Shown here: positions 49,284 to 58,849 of the stretch, in pieces | Position numbering within the stretch: the first letter of the stretch is position 1 | Layout of the letters: every line of letters begins with the position of its first letter | Assembly (NCBI GenBank): GCA_046290465.1 | Contig: JBKAGP010000001.1 | Coordinates: 5,184,001 to 5,248,000, forward strand | Reading direction: 5' to 3' | From: Planctomycetota bacterium | GTDB lineage: Bacteria > Planctomycetota > UBA1135 > UBA2386 | Length of the DNA stretch: 64,000 nt | The notes under the pieces: generated by a model | Database searches by the model: none | The model's input: the letters and a program-made list of their open reading frames with translations, nothing else | What the model was told of the DNA's origin: nothing | Translations under genes and position numbers: made by a program

Positions 49284-50102
49284 CTACGCCAGCCGCTCCA
49301 GTCGCCGCGCCAGGTCGTGCTGCGGCCACGGCGTGCTCGGCCGCAGCTTGCCGAGGTTGCCGTGCATCAGCGGGTGGTCGACCCTGGGGGACGGCAGTTC
49401 GAGCCAGGCGCGCACGTTGAGGATCGCGAGCACCTCGAGCGGGTAGAGGCGACAGGCCGGGTCGTCGAAGTCGGCGCCGCTGCCGCGCGCCTGCTGCAGG
49501 TGGCGGTCGAGCACGTCGGCGAGCGCGCGCGACAGCAGCCGTTGGTCGCCGTTCCAGTGCTGCATGACCTCCTCGTAGTCGCCCAGCCGCGACGAACGGT
49601 TGACCCGCCGGCCGGCGCGCAGCGCCAGCAGTTCGCGCGTGAAGAACGGCAGGCTGTCCTGCTCGGAGAACGCGATGTCGGGCAGGCCGAGCAACCACTC
49701 GTAGAGCGGCTCGGCGCCCGGGTCGTGCAGGGACAGTCCCAGCAGCGAGGTCCAGGCGCCGTGCAGCAGAGAGAACGGCAGCCGCACCTTCTCGCCGCGG
49801 CGACCGCGCTGCGCGACCGGCGCGGCTGCGCGCGCCAGCAGCGACGCGCGCCGCAGCGTCTGGCCCTGGCGCGCCTCGTCGAAGCCGCCGGCGTCGCCGT
49901 CGAGCAGCCGGTGCATGCCGTGGCCGAGGTGCCAGGTGCCGAGCATCCAGCCGGCGACGTGGGCCTGGACGCGACGGGTCGCGTCGGCGAGGCCGCGCCG
50001 GAGCTGCGTCTCCTGGTCGTCGCGCAGGAACTTGACGTTGCCTGGGCGCTGGGCCCACTCCTGCAGGTTGCGGCGGAGGGAGGTGATGGTGGCGAGGGAC
50101 AT
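49284..50102 (-). CDS. Hypothetical protein, possibly toxin-immunity-like
   Basis: Helical 272-aa ORF with typical codon usage. The C-terminal YPLEVLAI..VR..LEL..P.VDHPLM recalls, from memory and unverified, hypothetical proteins encoded next to polymorphic toxins. Confidence 0.6.
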   Translation of the reverse strand: MSLATITSLRRNLQEWAQRPGNVKFLRDDQETQLRRGLADATRRVQAHVAGWMLGTWHLGHGMHRLLDGDAGGFDEARQGQTLRRASLLARAAAPVAQRGRRGEKVRLPFSLLHGAWTSLLGLSLHDPGAEPLYEWLLGLPDIAFSEQDSLPFFTRELLALRAGRRVNRSSRLGDYEEVMQHWNGDQRLLSRALADVLDRHLQQARGSGADFDDPACRLYPLEVLAILNVRAWLELPSPRVDHPLMHGNLGKLRPSTPWPQHDLARRLERLA

Positions 50103-50739
50103 CGAGAGGCCGGTCGACTTCAGCGGTTGGCGGGCGGTGACGGCTCGGGTGCGTCCAGCGACGTAGCGCGACTGTGAGCGGTTGCGGCGATCGTTCGTAG
50201 TTCGATCGGGCCGCACGGCGTGTACCGCTTCGAATCGGCTCGGTTGCGGCGGCGGAAATCGCGAGATTTCTCGGCGTGCTGCGCTGCCCGGTCGGCGCAT
50301 CCAGGAACGCCGTCGTAGGGGCTTCTACCTGCGGGTTGCCCCGCAGAGCTTGCGGTCTGGAGCGCGTTCGGGGGCCAGAACTGCGGGATACTGCCTACGG
50401 GGGATGTCACTGCGGGAAGCACCTTACGACCTTCGGCGGGGAATGCGCGTTGCCACCTGGGCCGAATGTGGGGGTGCGCCGGCGCATTCGTGCCGAGCGC
50501 CGACCAACAGCGATGCAACATCCACAGTCGATACCCGGTAGTTCGAGGCGTGGCAGCCTTCGGCGCCGGAGCCGTGCGCAGTTGGTCGGAGGGGATGTTC
50601 TGGTGGGGGTTCCACCGAGATGAGCTCGGATCGCGGATTGCACACCCTGGTTGCGTCCGGGGGGCATGTCGGTGCCCACGCGGGGCTGCTCTCAAGCGCT
50701 CTGGCTGACCAGCCCGATGCGCAGCGACGGAGTGACCCC

Positions 50740-51315
50740 ATGAGCATCTCGAACCACATCGTTGCCCTGCAAGACATGCTCGACGAGTGGCGCCAGCTCG
50801 GATCGAAGCTGCTGCCGAACGGAGTCGAGTTGATCGGCCAGCTGGGTTCCGAGGACAGCTGGATGCACGCCGTCTATCCGTCGCTGTTGCTGGAGGACGT
50901 CGGTGACCTCGAGGCGGATCTCGGCAGGTCGCTGCCGAACGGCTACCGGACGTTCCTCAAGGGCTGCGGCGGGCTGATCTGCTTTGGCGGACTGTTCACG
51001 CTCTACCCGTATCGGGGGGTCGGACCGCTCGACAGCTCGCTGTCGACAGCCGGTGAGGGCCTGGTCCGCGTCAACCAGCTGTTGTCGGGCGCCAGCTGGA
51101 TGCCGAGCGACGCGATCGCCATCGCGACCAACGCGCTCGATGGTTCGGTGCAGGTCGTCGGCATGGGCGACAACCCGGAAGAGGTGGTGCGGTGCGACCC
51201 GCGTGACGGCGATGTCATCGAGCGGCACGAGCACGTGTTCGCGTGCGTGAGCGATCGCCTGACGCGATCCGATCGCCGGTTCTTCCCCGACCTCTGTGAC
51301 GTGTCCCCGACCTGA
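50740..51315 (+). CDS. SMI1/KNR4 (SUKH) family protein
   Basis: LE.DLG.SLP..YRTFL..CGG pattern, then AIAIATNALDG and VVRCD. Confidence 0.7.
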   Translation: MSISNHIVALQDMLDEWRQLGSKLLPNGVELIGQLGSEDSWMHAVYPSLLLEDVGDLEADLGRSLPNGYRTFLKGCGGLICFGGLFTLYPYRGVGPLDSSLSTAGEGLVRVNQLLSGASWMPSDAIAIATNALDGSVQVVGMGDNPEEVVRCDPRDGDVIERHEHVFACVSDRLTRSDRRFFPDLCDVSPT

Positions 51316-51333
51316 TCCCCCATCCCCTAGACC

Positions 51334-53628
51334 ATGGACTGCGGCGACGAAATCATGAGTGAGTTCATCATCGAGACCTGTGAGGGACTCGACCAGTTGG
51401 ACCGCGACCTCGTGCTCCTCGAAGAGAACCCGTCGGAAGAGGTGCTGAGCAGGGTCTTCCGGACGATCCACACCATCAAGGGGGCGAGCGGCTTCCTCGC
51501 ACTGGCCAAGCTCGAGTCGGTCGCGCACGTCGGCGAGAACCTGCTCGTGCAGCTGCGCGACGGCAAGCAGTCGGTCACCCCCGAGGTGATCAGCGGCCTG
51601 CTGGGCATGGCGGACGCCGTGCGGGAGATCGTCGGCCATCTGGAGCGGGAGAAGTGCGAGGGCGATACGAGCTACGCGCCGTTGATCGAGGTCCTGACGA
51701 ATCTGCTGGCCGTCGATGCTCCGGGCGGCACCGCCGCGAACGCGCCTGCGAGTGCGCTGCCGCCGGCTGCGAACCCGCCAGCGAGCCCGCCAGCAGACTC
51801 ACAAGCGAGTCCCCCAACCAGCGCGGCGGGGGACGCGGACGTCGCGGCCCCGGCGGACCCACCGCCTGCGCCCGATCCCGTGCCGCCGCGGCCGACCGAG
51901 GCCGCCGCTACGACACCGCTGCGCGCCGAGGCGGCGTCCGTCGATGTCGCCAAACCGGCGATCGCGGACGCGAGCATCCGCGTCGACGTCAACCTGCTGG
52001 ACCGGCTGATGAACCTGGTCGGCGAGCTGGTGCTGGCACGCAACCAGATCCTGCAGTTCTCTTCGGACCACGAGGACACCCGCCTGACGGCCCCGATGCA
52101 GCGGCTCAACCAGGTCACGTCCGAGCTGCAGGAAGGGGTCATGAAGACCCGTATGCAGCCGATCGGCAACGCCTGGAGCAAGTTCCCGCGCGTCGTTCGT
52201 GACCTCGGGGTCACCTGCGGCAAGGCGGTCCGCATCGAGATGGAGGGACGCGACACCGAGCTCGACAAGTCGATCATCGAGTCGATCCGCGACCCGCTGA
52301 CGCATGCGCTCCGCAACGCGGTCGACCACGGCATCGAGTCGCCCGAGCGGCGGCGAGAAGTGGGCAAGCCCGAACAGGGATGCGTTCGCCTGCGAGCCTA
52401 CCACGAAGGAGGCCAGGTCAACATCGAGATCGCCGACGACGGCGGCGGCATCGATCCCGTCAAGATCCGCGACAAGGCCGTCGAGCGCGGCCTGGTGTCG
52501 AGCGAGCGCGTCTCGCGCATGAGCGACAAGGAGCTGATCAACCTGATCACGTTGCCGGGCTTCTCGACCGCGGAAGAGGTGACCAATGTCTCCGGTCGCG
52601 GGGTCGGCATGGACGTCGTCCGCACCAACATCGAACAGGTCGGGGGCGGGATCGACGTGCAGAGCACCGTCGGCGTCGGCACGACCATCCGCATCAAGAT
52701 CCCGCTGACGCTGGCGATCGTACCTGCGCTGACCGTCAGCCTCGGAACCGAGCGCTTCGCGATCCCCCAGGTCAACCTGCTCGAACTGGTCCGGCTCGAG
52801 GGCCAGCAGTGCCGGCGGATCGAACAGATCGGTGACGCCGAGGTCTATCGCCTGCGCGGACGGCTGCTGCCGCTCGTGCACCTCGACGCGATCCTCGGCC
52901 ACGCGCAGCCGAAACCGGCGATCGACGACGAAGAGGAGACCGTCAACATCGTCGTCCTGCAGGCTGGCGACGCGGTCTTCGGGCTCGTGGTCGACAGCGT
53001 GCTCGATACCGAGGAGATCGTCGTCAAGCCGCTCGGCAGGCTGCTGAAGGAGGTCCCGGTGTTCGCCGGCGCCGCGATCATGGGCGACGGTAAGGTCGCG
53101 CTGATCCTCGACGTCATGGGGCTGGCGCAGACGGCCGACATGCTCGGGGACGTCGCCCGCGGACGGGGCGACAAGGCCGAAGATGCCGCGCGCAGCGACG
53201 AGCTGGACGATGGCGCCATGCTGCTGATCGGCAACGCCGACGGCAGCCGTTCGGCGATGCCGCTGGAGACGATCGCGCGCCTCGAAGAGTTCGAGCCGGG
53301 CATCGTCGAGGTGTCCGGTCGCCGTGAAGTCGTGCAGTACCGCGGCGAGATCATGCCGTTGGTCCGACTCGACGCGATGCTCGGAAGCGCGGCGGAAGCC
53401 GTCGGCGACTCGATGCAGGTCGTGGTCGTCCGTCACCGTGAGCGCACCGTCGGGGTTCAGGTGCACCAGATCCTCGACACCGTGGACACACACCTCGGCG
53501 GCGAAGCCGACGACCTGCCGGATTCCGTCGCGGTCGACGGCCGCGTGACCGAGTTGATTGACATCGGTTCGTTGCTGGACCGGGCGCTCCCTGCCAACAG
53601 CAGGGCTGGTGAGGAGGTCCTGCAATGA
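51334..53628 (+). CDS. cheA: Chemotaxis histidine kinase CheA (no P2, two CheW-like domains)
   Basis: FRTIHTIKG, LMNLVGELVL, RNAVDHGIE, DDGGGID, SGRGVGMDVV, and a second CheW-like domain at the C-terminus. Confidence 0.96.
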   Translation: MDCGDEIMSEFIIETCEGLDQLDRDLVLLEENPSEEVLSRVFRTIHTIKGASGFLALAKLESVAHVGENLLVQLRDGKQSVTPEVISGLLGMADAVREIVGHLEREKCEGDTSYAPLIEVLTNLLAVDAPGGTAANAPASALPPAANPPASPPADSQASPPTSAAGDADVAAPADPPPAPDPVPPRPTEAAATTPLRAEAASVDVAKPAIADASIRVDVNLLDRLMNLVGELVLARNQILQFSSDHEDTRLTAPMQRLNQVTSELQEGVMKTRMQPIGNAWSKFPRVVRDLGVTCGKAVRIEMEGRDTELDKSIIESIRDPLTHALRNAVDHGIESPERRREVGKPEQGCVRLRAYHEGGQVNIEIADDGGGIDPVKIRDKAVERGLVSSERVSRMSDKELINLITLPGFSTAEEVTNVSGRGVGMDVVRTNIEQVGGGIDVQSTVGVGTTIRIKIPLTLAIVPALTVSLGTERFAIPQVNLLELVRLEGQQCRRIEQIGDAEVYRLRGRLLPLVHLDAILGHAQPKPAIDDEEETVNIVVLQAGDAVFGLVVDSVLDTEEIVVKPLGRLLKEVPVFAGAAIMGDGKVALILDVMGLAQTADMLGDVARGRGDKAEDAARSDELDDGAMLLIGNADGSRSAMPLETIARLEEFEPGIVEVSGRREVVQYRGEIMPLVRLDAMLGSAAEAVGDSMQVVVVRHRERTVGVQVHQILDTVDTHLGGEADDLPDSVAVDGRVTELIDIGSLLDRALPANSRAGEEVLQ

Positions 53629-54095
53629 CGAACGCGATGCAGTACTGCACGTTCTGGTTGGACGGGTTGTTCCTCGGGATCGAGGTGCAGCGCGTCCAAG
53701 AGGTGCTCCGGCACCTGCCGATGACCGACGTGCCGCTGGTGTCGGGCGTGATCAGCGGCCTGATCAATCTGCGCGGTCAGATCGTCACGGCGATCAACCT
53801 GCGCGAACGCATGGAGCTGCCGCAGTTCCCGGGTGAGGCCGACGAGCAGATGAACTTCGTCGTGCGCTGCGACGACGACGTCGTGAGCCTGCTCGTGGAC
53901 CGCATCGGCGACGTCGTCGAGGTCACCGAGGAGGCGCTCGAGGCGCCGCCGCCGACGATCGCCGGCGTGTGCCGGGACGTCATCCGGGGCGTGAACAAGA
54001 TGCCCGACGGGTTGCTGCTGTTGCTCGACCTCGATCGGGCTCTGGCGATCACGCCGACGCTCACAGCCACCGAGGCGATCCAACCCGCGTCCTGA
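53625..54095 (+). CDS. cheW: Chemotaxis coupling protein CheW
   Basis: [23 protein letters not shown]. Confidence 0.95.
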   Translation: MTNAMQYCTFWLDGLFLGIEVQRVQEVLRHLPMTDVPLVSGVISGLINLRGQIVTAINLRERMELPQFPGEADEQMNFVVRCDDDVVSLLVDRIGDVVEVTEEALEAPPPTIAGVCRDVIRGVNKMPDGLLLLLDLDRALAITPTLTATEAIQPAS

Positions 54096-54154
54096 AGACA
54101 TCCGAACAACGACCACGAACCGCCAGCCACAACCAACGCCCGAGGGAGATCGAG

Positions 54155-56092
54155 ATGACCACGAATGAGGTGTCCGCGTCCGGCACGAACGACAACATGG
54201 AGAAGCACGAAGACCTGCGTCACAGGCTCGATGCCATCGACCGGTCGATGGCCATGATCGAGTTCTCGACCGATGGCACGATCCTGAACGCCAACGCCAA
54301 CTTCCTGTCGACGATGGGCTACTCGCTCGAGGATGTCGTCGGCAAGAAGCACGCGATGTTCGTCGTCGAGGAGGAACGGGCATCGAAGGGCTACCAGCGG
54401 TTCTGGAAGTCGCTGGCCGGCGGTCAGCATCAGGTCGGCGAGGTGCGGCGCGCCGATGCCCATGGCGACGACGTGTGGTTGCAGGCCTCGTACAACCCGG
54501 TCCTCGACGCCGACGGCAAGGTCAGCAAGGTCGTCAAGATCGCCTCGGACATCACCGAGCAGCGTCGCCAGGCGGCGGGCTACCGCGGCCAGATCGAGGC
54601 GATCGACAAGGTCATGGCCGTCATCGAGTTCGAGCTGGACGGCACGATCGTGCGCGCCAACAAGAACTTCCTCGATACCGTCGGCTACGAACTCGACGAG
54701 ATCCAGGGCCAGCACCACTCGATGTTCGTCGACGAGCAGGAGCGCGAGTCCAGCGAATACAAGGCGTTCTGGGAGCGTCTCGGGCAGGGGCGGGCGTTCT
54801 CCGGTGAGTTCCGCCGGATCGGAGCGGACGGCAAGGAGGTGTGGATCCAGGCCTCGTACAACCCGATCCGGGGCGACGACGGGCGGCCGACCAAGGTCAT
54901 CAAGTACGCGCAGGAGATCACCGCGGCCGTACAGCAGCGGCTGATGAACAGCCGCTACGCGTCGATGGTGGACGGCATGCCGATGGGCACGATGTTCACC
55001 GATCGCGACCTGGTGGTCCGCTACATGAACCGTTCGTCAGCCGAGCGCCTGCGCACGCTGCAGGAGTACCTGCCGATCCCGGTCGATCGCATCCTCGGCT
55101 CGAGCGTCGACGTGTTCCACAAGGACCCGGCGCACCAGCGCACGATCCTCGCCGATCCCGCCAACCTGCCGCGCAAGGCCGTCATCGACGTCGGCCCGGA
55201 GAAGGTCGAACTGCTCGTCTCGGCCGTGCACGACCAAGACGGCCAGCTGCTCGGCACGATGGTCAACTGGGAGATCATCACGCAGAAGCTGCACATCGAG
55301 AGCCAGCTGACGGAGAGCGCGATGGCCCTGGCGAGCGCCGCGGAGGAGCTGACGGCGACCAGCGACCAGATGGCCGGCAACGCCGAGCAGGCCGCCGGCA
55401 AGGCCGGCGACGTCTCGCAGTCGGCGGACTTCATCAGCACGACGATCAAGACCGTCGCGACCGGTGCCCGCGAACTGGAGGTCAGCATCAAGGAGATCTC
55501 GGAGAGCGCCACCCAGGCGGCCGGGGTCGCGACCGAGGCGGTGACCGTCGCGGAGCAGACCAACGAGACGATCAACAAGCTCGGCGAAAGCAGCGCCGAG
55601 ATCGGCAAGGTGATCAAGGTGATCACCTCGATCGCCCAGCAGACCAACCTGTTGGCGCTCAACGCCACCATCGAGGCGGCCCGTGCCGGCGAGGCCGGCA
55701 AGGGGTTCGCGGTCGTGGCCAACGAGGTCAAGGAACTCGCCAAGGAGACGGCCAAGGCGACCGAGGAGATCGGCCAGAAGATCGAGGCGATCCAGTCGGA
55801 CACCGGCGGCGCCGTGCGGGCGATCGGGGAGATCTCGAAGGTCATCCAGAAGATCAACGACATCCAGTCGACGATCGCCAGCGCGGTCGAGGAGCAGACC
55901 GCGACGACCAACGAGATCGGCCGCAACATCCAGGAGGCCGCGAGCGGCAGTTCGCAGATCGCCGAGAACGTCGGCAGCGTCGCCAAGGAGGCGCGCGGGG
56001 TCTCCGAGGGCGCAGGCGACACCCGCCGGGCGGCCGTCGATCTCGCCGAGATCGCGACCAAGCTCCAGGCCCTGGTCGGGACCGGTTCCTAG
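54155..56092 (+). CDS. Soluble methyl-accepting chemotaxis protein with three PAS domains
   Basis: Two PAS-PAC repeats (AMIEF..DG.I..AN.NF, W.QASYNP), a third PAS ([12 protein letters not shown]...NW), and MCP hairpin [30 protein letters not shown]. No TM. Confidence 0.95.
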   Translation: MTTNEVSASGTNDNMEKHEDLRHRLDAIDRSMAMIEFSTDGTILNANANFLSTMGYSLEDVVGKKHAMFVVEEERASKGYQRFWKSLAGGQHQVGEVRRADAHGDDVWLQASYNPVLDADGKVSKVVKIASDITEQRRQAAGYRGQIEAIDKVMAVIEFELDGTIVRANKNFLDTVGYELDEIQGQHHSMFVDEQERESSEYKAFWERLGQGRAFSGEFRRIGADGKEVWIQASYNPIRGDDGRPTKVIKYAQEITAAVQQRLMNSRYASMVDGMPMGTMFTDRDLVVRYMNRSSAERLRTLQEYLPIPVDRILGSSVDVFHKDPAHQRTILADPANLPRKAVIDVGPEKVELLVSAVHDQDGQLLGTMVNWEIITQKLHIESQLTESAMALASAAEELTATSDQMAGNAEQAAGKAGDVSQSADFISTTIKTVATGARELEVSIKEISESATQAAGVATEAVTVAEQTNETINKLGESSAEIGKVIKVITSIAQQTNLLALNATIEAARAGEAGKGFAVVANEVKELAKETAKATEEIGQKIEAIQSDTGGAVRAIGEISKVIQKINDIQSTIASAVEEQTATTNEIGRNIQEAASGSSQIAENVGSVAKEARGVSEGAGDTRRAAVDLAEIATKLQALVGTGS

Positions 56093-56103
56093 GAGCTGCC
56101 ATC

Positions 56104-56484
56104 ATGGACGTTCTGATCGTCGACGACTCGCGCGCCGTTCGCGCGCACATCACGAGGATGATGCAGGCGCTCGGTGCGAACTGCACCGGCGCCGGTGACG
56201 GGCGTGAGGCCCTCGAGGTGCTGTCACAGGGCAGCTTCGAGCTGGCGTTGATCGACTGGAACATGCCCGAGCTGGATGGCTACGGGCTGTTGCAGGAGCT
56301 GGCCGGCATGCCGCAGCACGGCGCGATGAAGAAGGTCATGTGCACCTCGGTCACCGACGGAGACAGCATGGTCAAGGCGCTCGACGCGGGCGCCGACGAC
56401 TACCTGATGAAGCCGTTCGACCAGGCCGTCCTGGCCGACAAGTTGCGGTTGCTCGGCCTGGAGGTCGACGAACCCTCCCGATGA
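56104..56484 (+). CDS. cheY: CheY-like response regulator
   Basis: IVDDS, IDWNMP, MKPF. Confidence 0.9.
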   Translation: MDVLIVDDSRAVRAHITRMMQALGANCTGAGDGREALEVLSQGSFELALIDWNMPELDGYGLLQELAGMPQHGAMKKVMCTSVTDGDSMVKALDAGADDYLMKPFDQAVLADKLRLLGLEVDEPSR

Positions 56485-57545
56485 CCGCTCGCGTACTCAT
56501 CATCGACGATTCGGTCGTCGCCCGGCAGTCGCTGGCGCGCGCGCTCGGTGCCCAACCGGACATCGATGCGCTGCGGCCCGCGGCGAGCGGCAAGCTCGGT
56601 CTCGAACGGATCCAGGGTGAGCCCGTCGACCTCGTCGTGCTCGACGTCGAAATGCCGGAGATGGACGGCCTCGAGACGTTGCGGGAGATCCGTTCGCTCG
56701 CGCCGAAGGTGCCGGTGGTGATGTTCAGCGCGCTGACCGAACGGGGTGCGGCCACCACGATCGAGGCCCTGGCATCGGGCGCCTCCGACTATCTCGCGAA
56801 GCCGACCACCCGCGCCGGCGAGCAGCGCACGTTCGAGGACGTGACCGCGGACCTGGTGCGCATCATCCGGGGTCTGGTGACCGGACCGACGCCGAAGCCG
56901 GCTCCGGCGAGCGGGCCGCCGGCGGTGGCGGTGCCGGCTGCGCACGCACCCGACGAGCCGCTGGAGCTCGTCGTCGTGGGGTCGTCGACGGGTGGACCGA
57001 ACGCGCTCTCGCAGCTGTTCGCGCAGCTGCCCGACTCGCTCGACGTCCCGATCGTCATCTGCCAGCACATGCCGCGCGAGTTCACGGGCCAGCTGGCCGC
57101 GCGTCTCGACCGGGAGTGTGGGCGACATGTCGTCGAGGCGACCGACGGCCTGTCGTTGCGCCGCCGTGAGGTCTGCGTGGCGCGGGGAGGCGTGCACCTC
57201 GTCGTCGAACGTAGCCTCTCCGGACCGGTGATGCGGTTCGACGACCGCCCGCAGGTGCAGTCGTGCAAGCCCTCGGTCGACGTGCTGTTCGAGAGTGCTG
57301 CACGGCAGTATCGCCGGCGCGCGCTCGGCGTCGTGCTGACGGGAATGGGGCAGGACGGCCTCGAAGGAAGCCGAGCCATGGTCTCCCAGGGAGCCAGGAT
57401 CCTGGTGCAGGATCAGGAGAGCTCGGTCGTCTGGGGCATGCCGGGGGTCGTCGCGCAGGCGGGCCTCGCCAGTGCGGTGTTGCCGCTGGGCGGCCTTGCG
57501 GAGGCGGTCCACACGCGGGCGCAAGCCAAGGGAGGTCGGTCGTGA
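56481..57545 (+). CDS. cheB: Chemotaxis methylesterase CheB
   Basis: REC (LDVEMP) plus GSSTGGP, QHM, PSVD, LTGMGQDG, VWGMP. Confidence 0.96.
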   Translation: MTARVLIIDDSVVARQSLARALGAQPDIDALRPAASGKLGLERIQGEPVDLVVLDVEMPEMDGLETLREIRSLAPKVPVVMFSALTERGAATTIEALASGASDYLAKPTTRAGEQRTFEDVTADLVRIIRGLVTGPTPKPAPASGPPAVAVPAAHAPDEPLELVVVGSSTGGPNALSQLFAQLPDSLDVPIVICQHMPREFTGQLAARLDRECGRHVVEATDGLSLRRREVCVARGGVHLVVERSLSGPVMRFDDRPQVQSCKPSVDVLFESAARQYRRRALGVVLTGMGQDGLEGSRAMVSQGARILVQDQESSVVWGMPGVVAQAGLASAVLPLGGLAEAVHTRAQAKGGRS

Positions 57546-58378
57546 CGCTCGGTTCGTCGTCGTTCCGGATCGTGCAGAGGCTGGTGCGAAAGGCCTCGGG
57601 CATCGTGCTAGGCGAAGGCAAGGAATACCTGGTCGAGTCGCGGCTTCTGCCGCTGTGCAAGACCACCGGCTGTTCGTCCATTGACGATCTGGTCCGCCGA
57701 GTCGACGGCGACGCGAAGCTCGCAGCCGTCGTCGTGGATGCATTGACGACCAATGAGACGAGCTTCCTGCGCGACCTGCACCCGTTCGAGTGCTTCTGTG
57801 AGACGGTCGTGCCGCAACTGATGGCAGCGCGTGCCGGGGAGCGCCGCCTGCGCATCTGGTCGGCGGCCTGTTCGACCGGGCAGGAGCCGTACACGTTGTC
57901 GATGCTGCTGGCGGATCGCTTTCCCGAACTCGCGGACTGGGACGTCAAGATCCTCGCGACCGACATCTCCGAACGGGTGTTGGAGAAGGCGCGCAGCGGC
58001 CGCTTCTCGCAGCTCGAGGTCAACCGTGGCCTGCCCGCGAAGTTGATGGTGAAGAACTTCAAGCGCATCGGCACCGAGTGGCAGGCCAGGCCCGAGCTCG
58101 CCCGATGCATCGAGTTCCGCCAGTTGAACCTGGTGGAGCGATGGTCCGGCATGGAGCAGTACGACGTCGTGTTGCTGCGCAACGTGATGATCTACTTCGA
58201 TGTCGAGACCAAGGCAGCGGTGCTCGGCAAGGTTCGCTCGGCCATGCGGGACGGCGGTTGGCTGCTGTTGGGTGCCGCGGAGACGACGACCGGCCTGAGC
58301 GAGGACTTCGAGCGCGACTCCGGCACCGAGTCGCTCTTCTACCGTGCGACCAGCAGAGGAGCGTTGCCGTGCAGGTGA
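57542..58378 (+). CDS. cheR: Chemotaxis methyltransferase CheR
   Basis: TTNETSF, WSAACSTGQEPY, ATDIS, RNVMIYF. Confidence 0.96.
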   Translation: MTLGSSSFRIVQRLVRKASGIVLGEGKEYLVESRLLPLCKTTGCSSIDDLVRRVDGDAKLAAVVVDALTTNETSFLRDLHPFECFCETVVPQLMAARAGERRLRIWSAACSTGQEPYTLSMLLADRFPELADWDVKILATDISERVLEKARSGRFSQLEVNRGLPAKLMVKNFKRIGTEWQARPELARCIEFRQLNLVERWSGMEQYDVVLLRNVMIYFDVETKAAVLGKVRSAMRDGGWLLLGAAETTTGLSEDFERDSGTESLFYRATSRGALPCR

Positions 58379-58800
58379 ATCGAGAGCAGTTGGCCGAGGT
58401 CGTCTCGGCAGCTTGGAACGTGACGGCCGGAGTTCGTGTCGAGCCCTGCGCGGCAGCAACCGAGCGGGGGCCCGAGGTCTGGGCGCAGGTGCCGCTGAAG
58501 GGGGCATGGTCCGGAGTGCTGGCGATGGGCGCGCCCAAGGCCGCGCTCGATGTCGCCGCGGCCGTCATGTTCGGTTGCGCCGTCGATGACGTCACGGATC
58601 AGGATCGCCAGGACGTCGCGCTCGAGTTGGTCAACGTGGTCGGTGGCAACCTCGCGCCGGTGTTCGGGGACGGCTGCCTGATCGGCCTGCCCTCGCCCGG
58701 GGCCTCTTGCGAGGGCGACAGCGTGCTGCGGCAGGAGTTTGCCCTCGATGGGATGACCATCGTCGCGGCCTGCTTTGAATCCGTACCTGCCGGTCACTGA
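58369..58800 (+). CDS. cheX: CheX-like phosphatase
   Basis: GAWSG, MFG, D...ELVNVVGGNL, GLP. Confidence 0.8.
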   Translation: MQVNREQLAEVVSAAWNVTAGVRVEPCAAATERGPEVWAQVPLKGAWSGVLAMGAPKAALDVAAAVMFGCAVDDVTDQDRQDVALELVNVVGGNLAPVFGDGCLIGLPSPGASCEGDSVLRQEFALDGMTIVAACFESVPAGH

Positions 58801-58849
58801 CCGCCATTGGCGGATTGGTTGCCCGGCGCGCCGAACATAGAGTCCGCGC

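Noticed and set aside
50300..50430. Cobalamin or c-di-GMP riboswitch before the che operon (CACTGCGGGAAG resembles part of a B12 element)
   Set aside because: The other conserved elements are missing and the gene context does not fit. Only an Rfam scan could rescue it.
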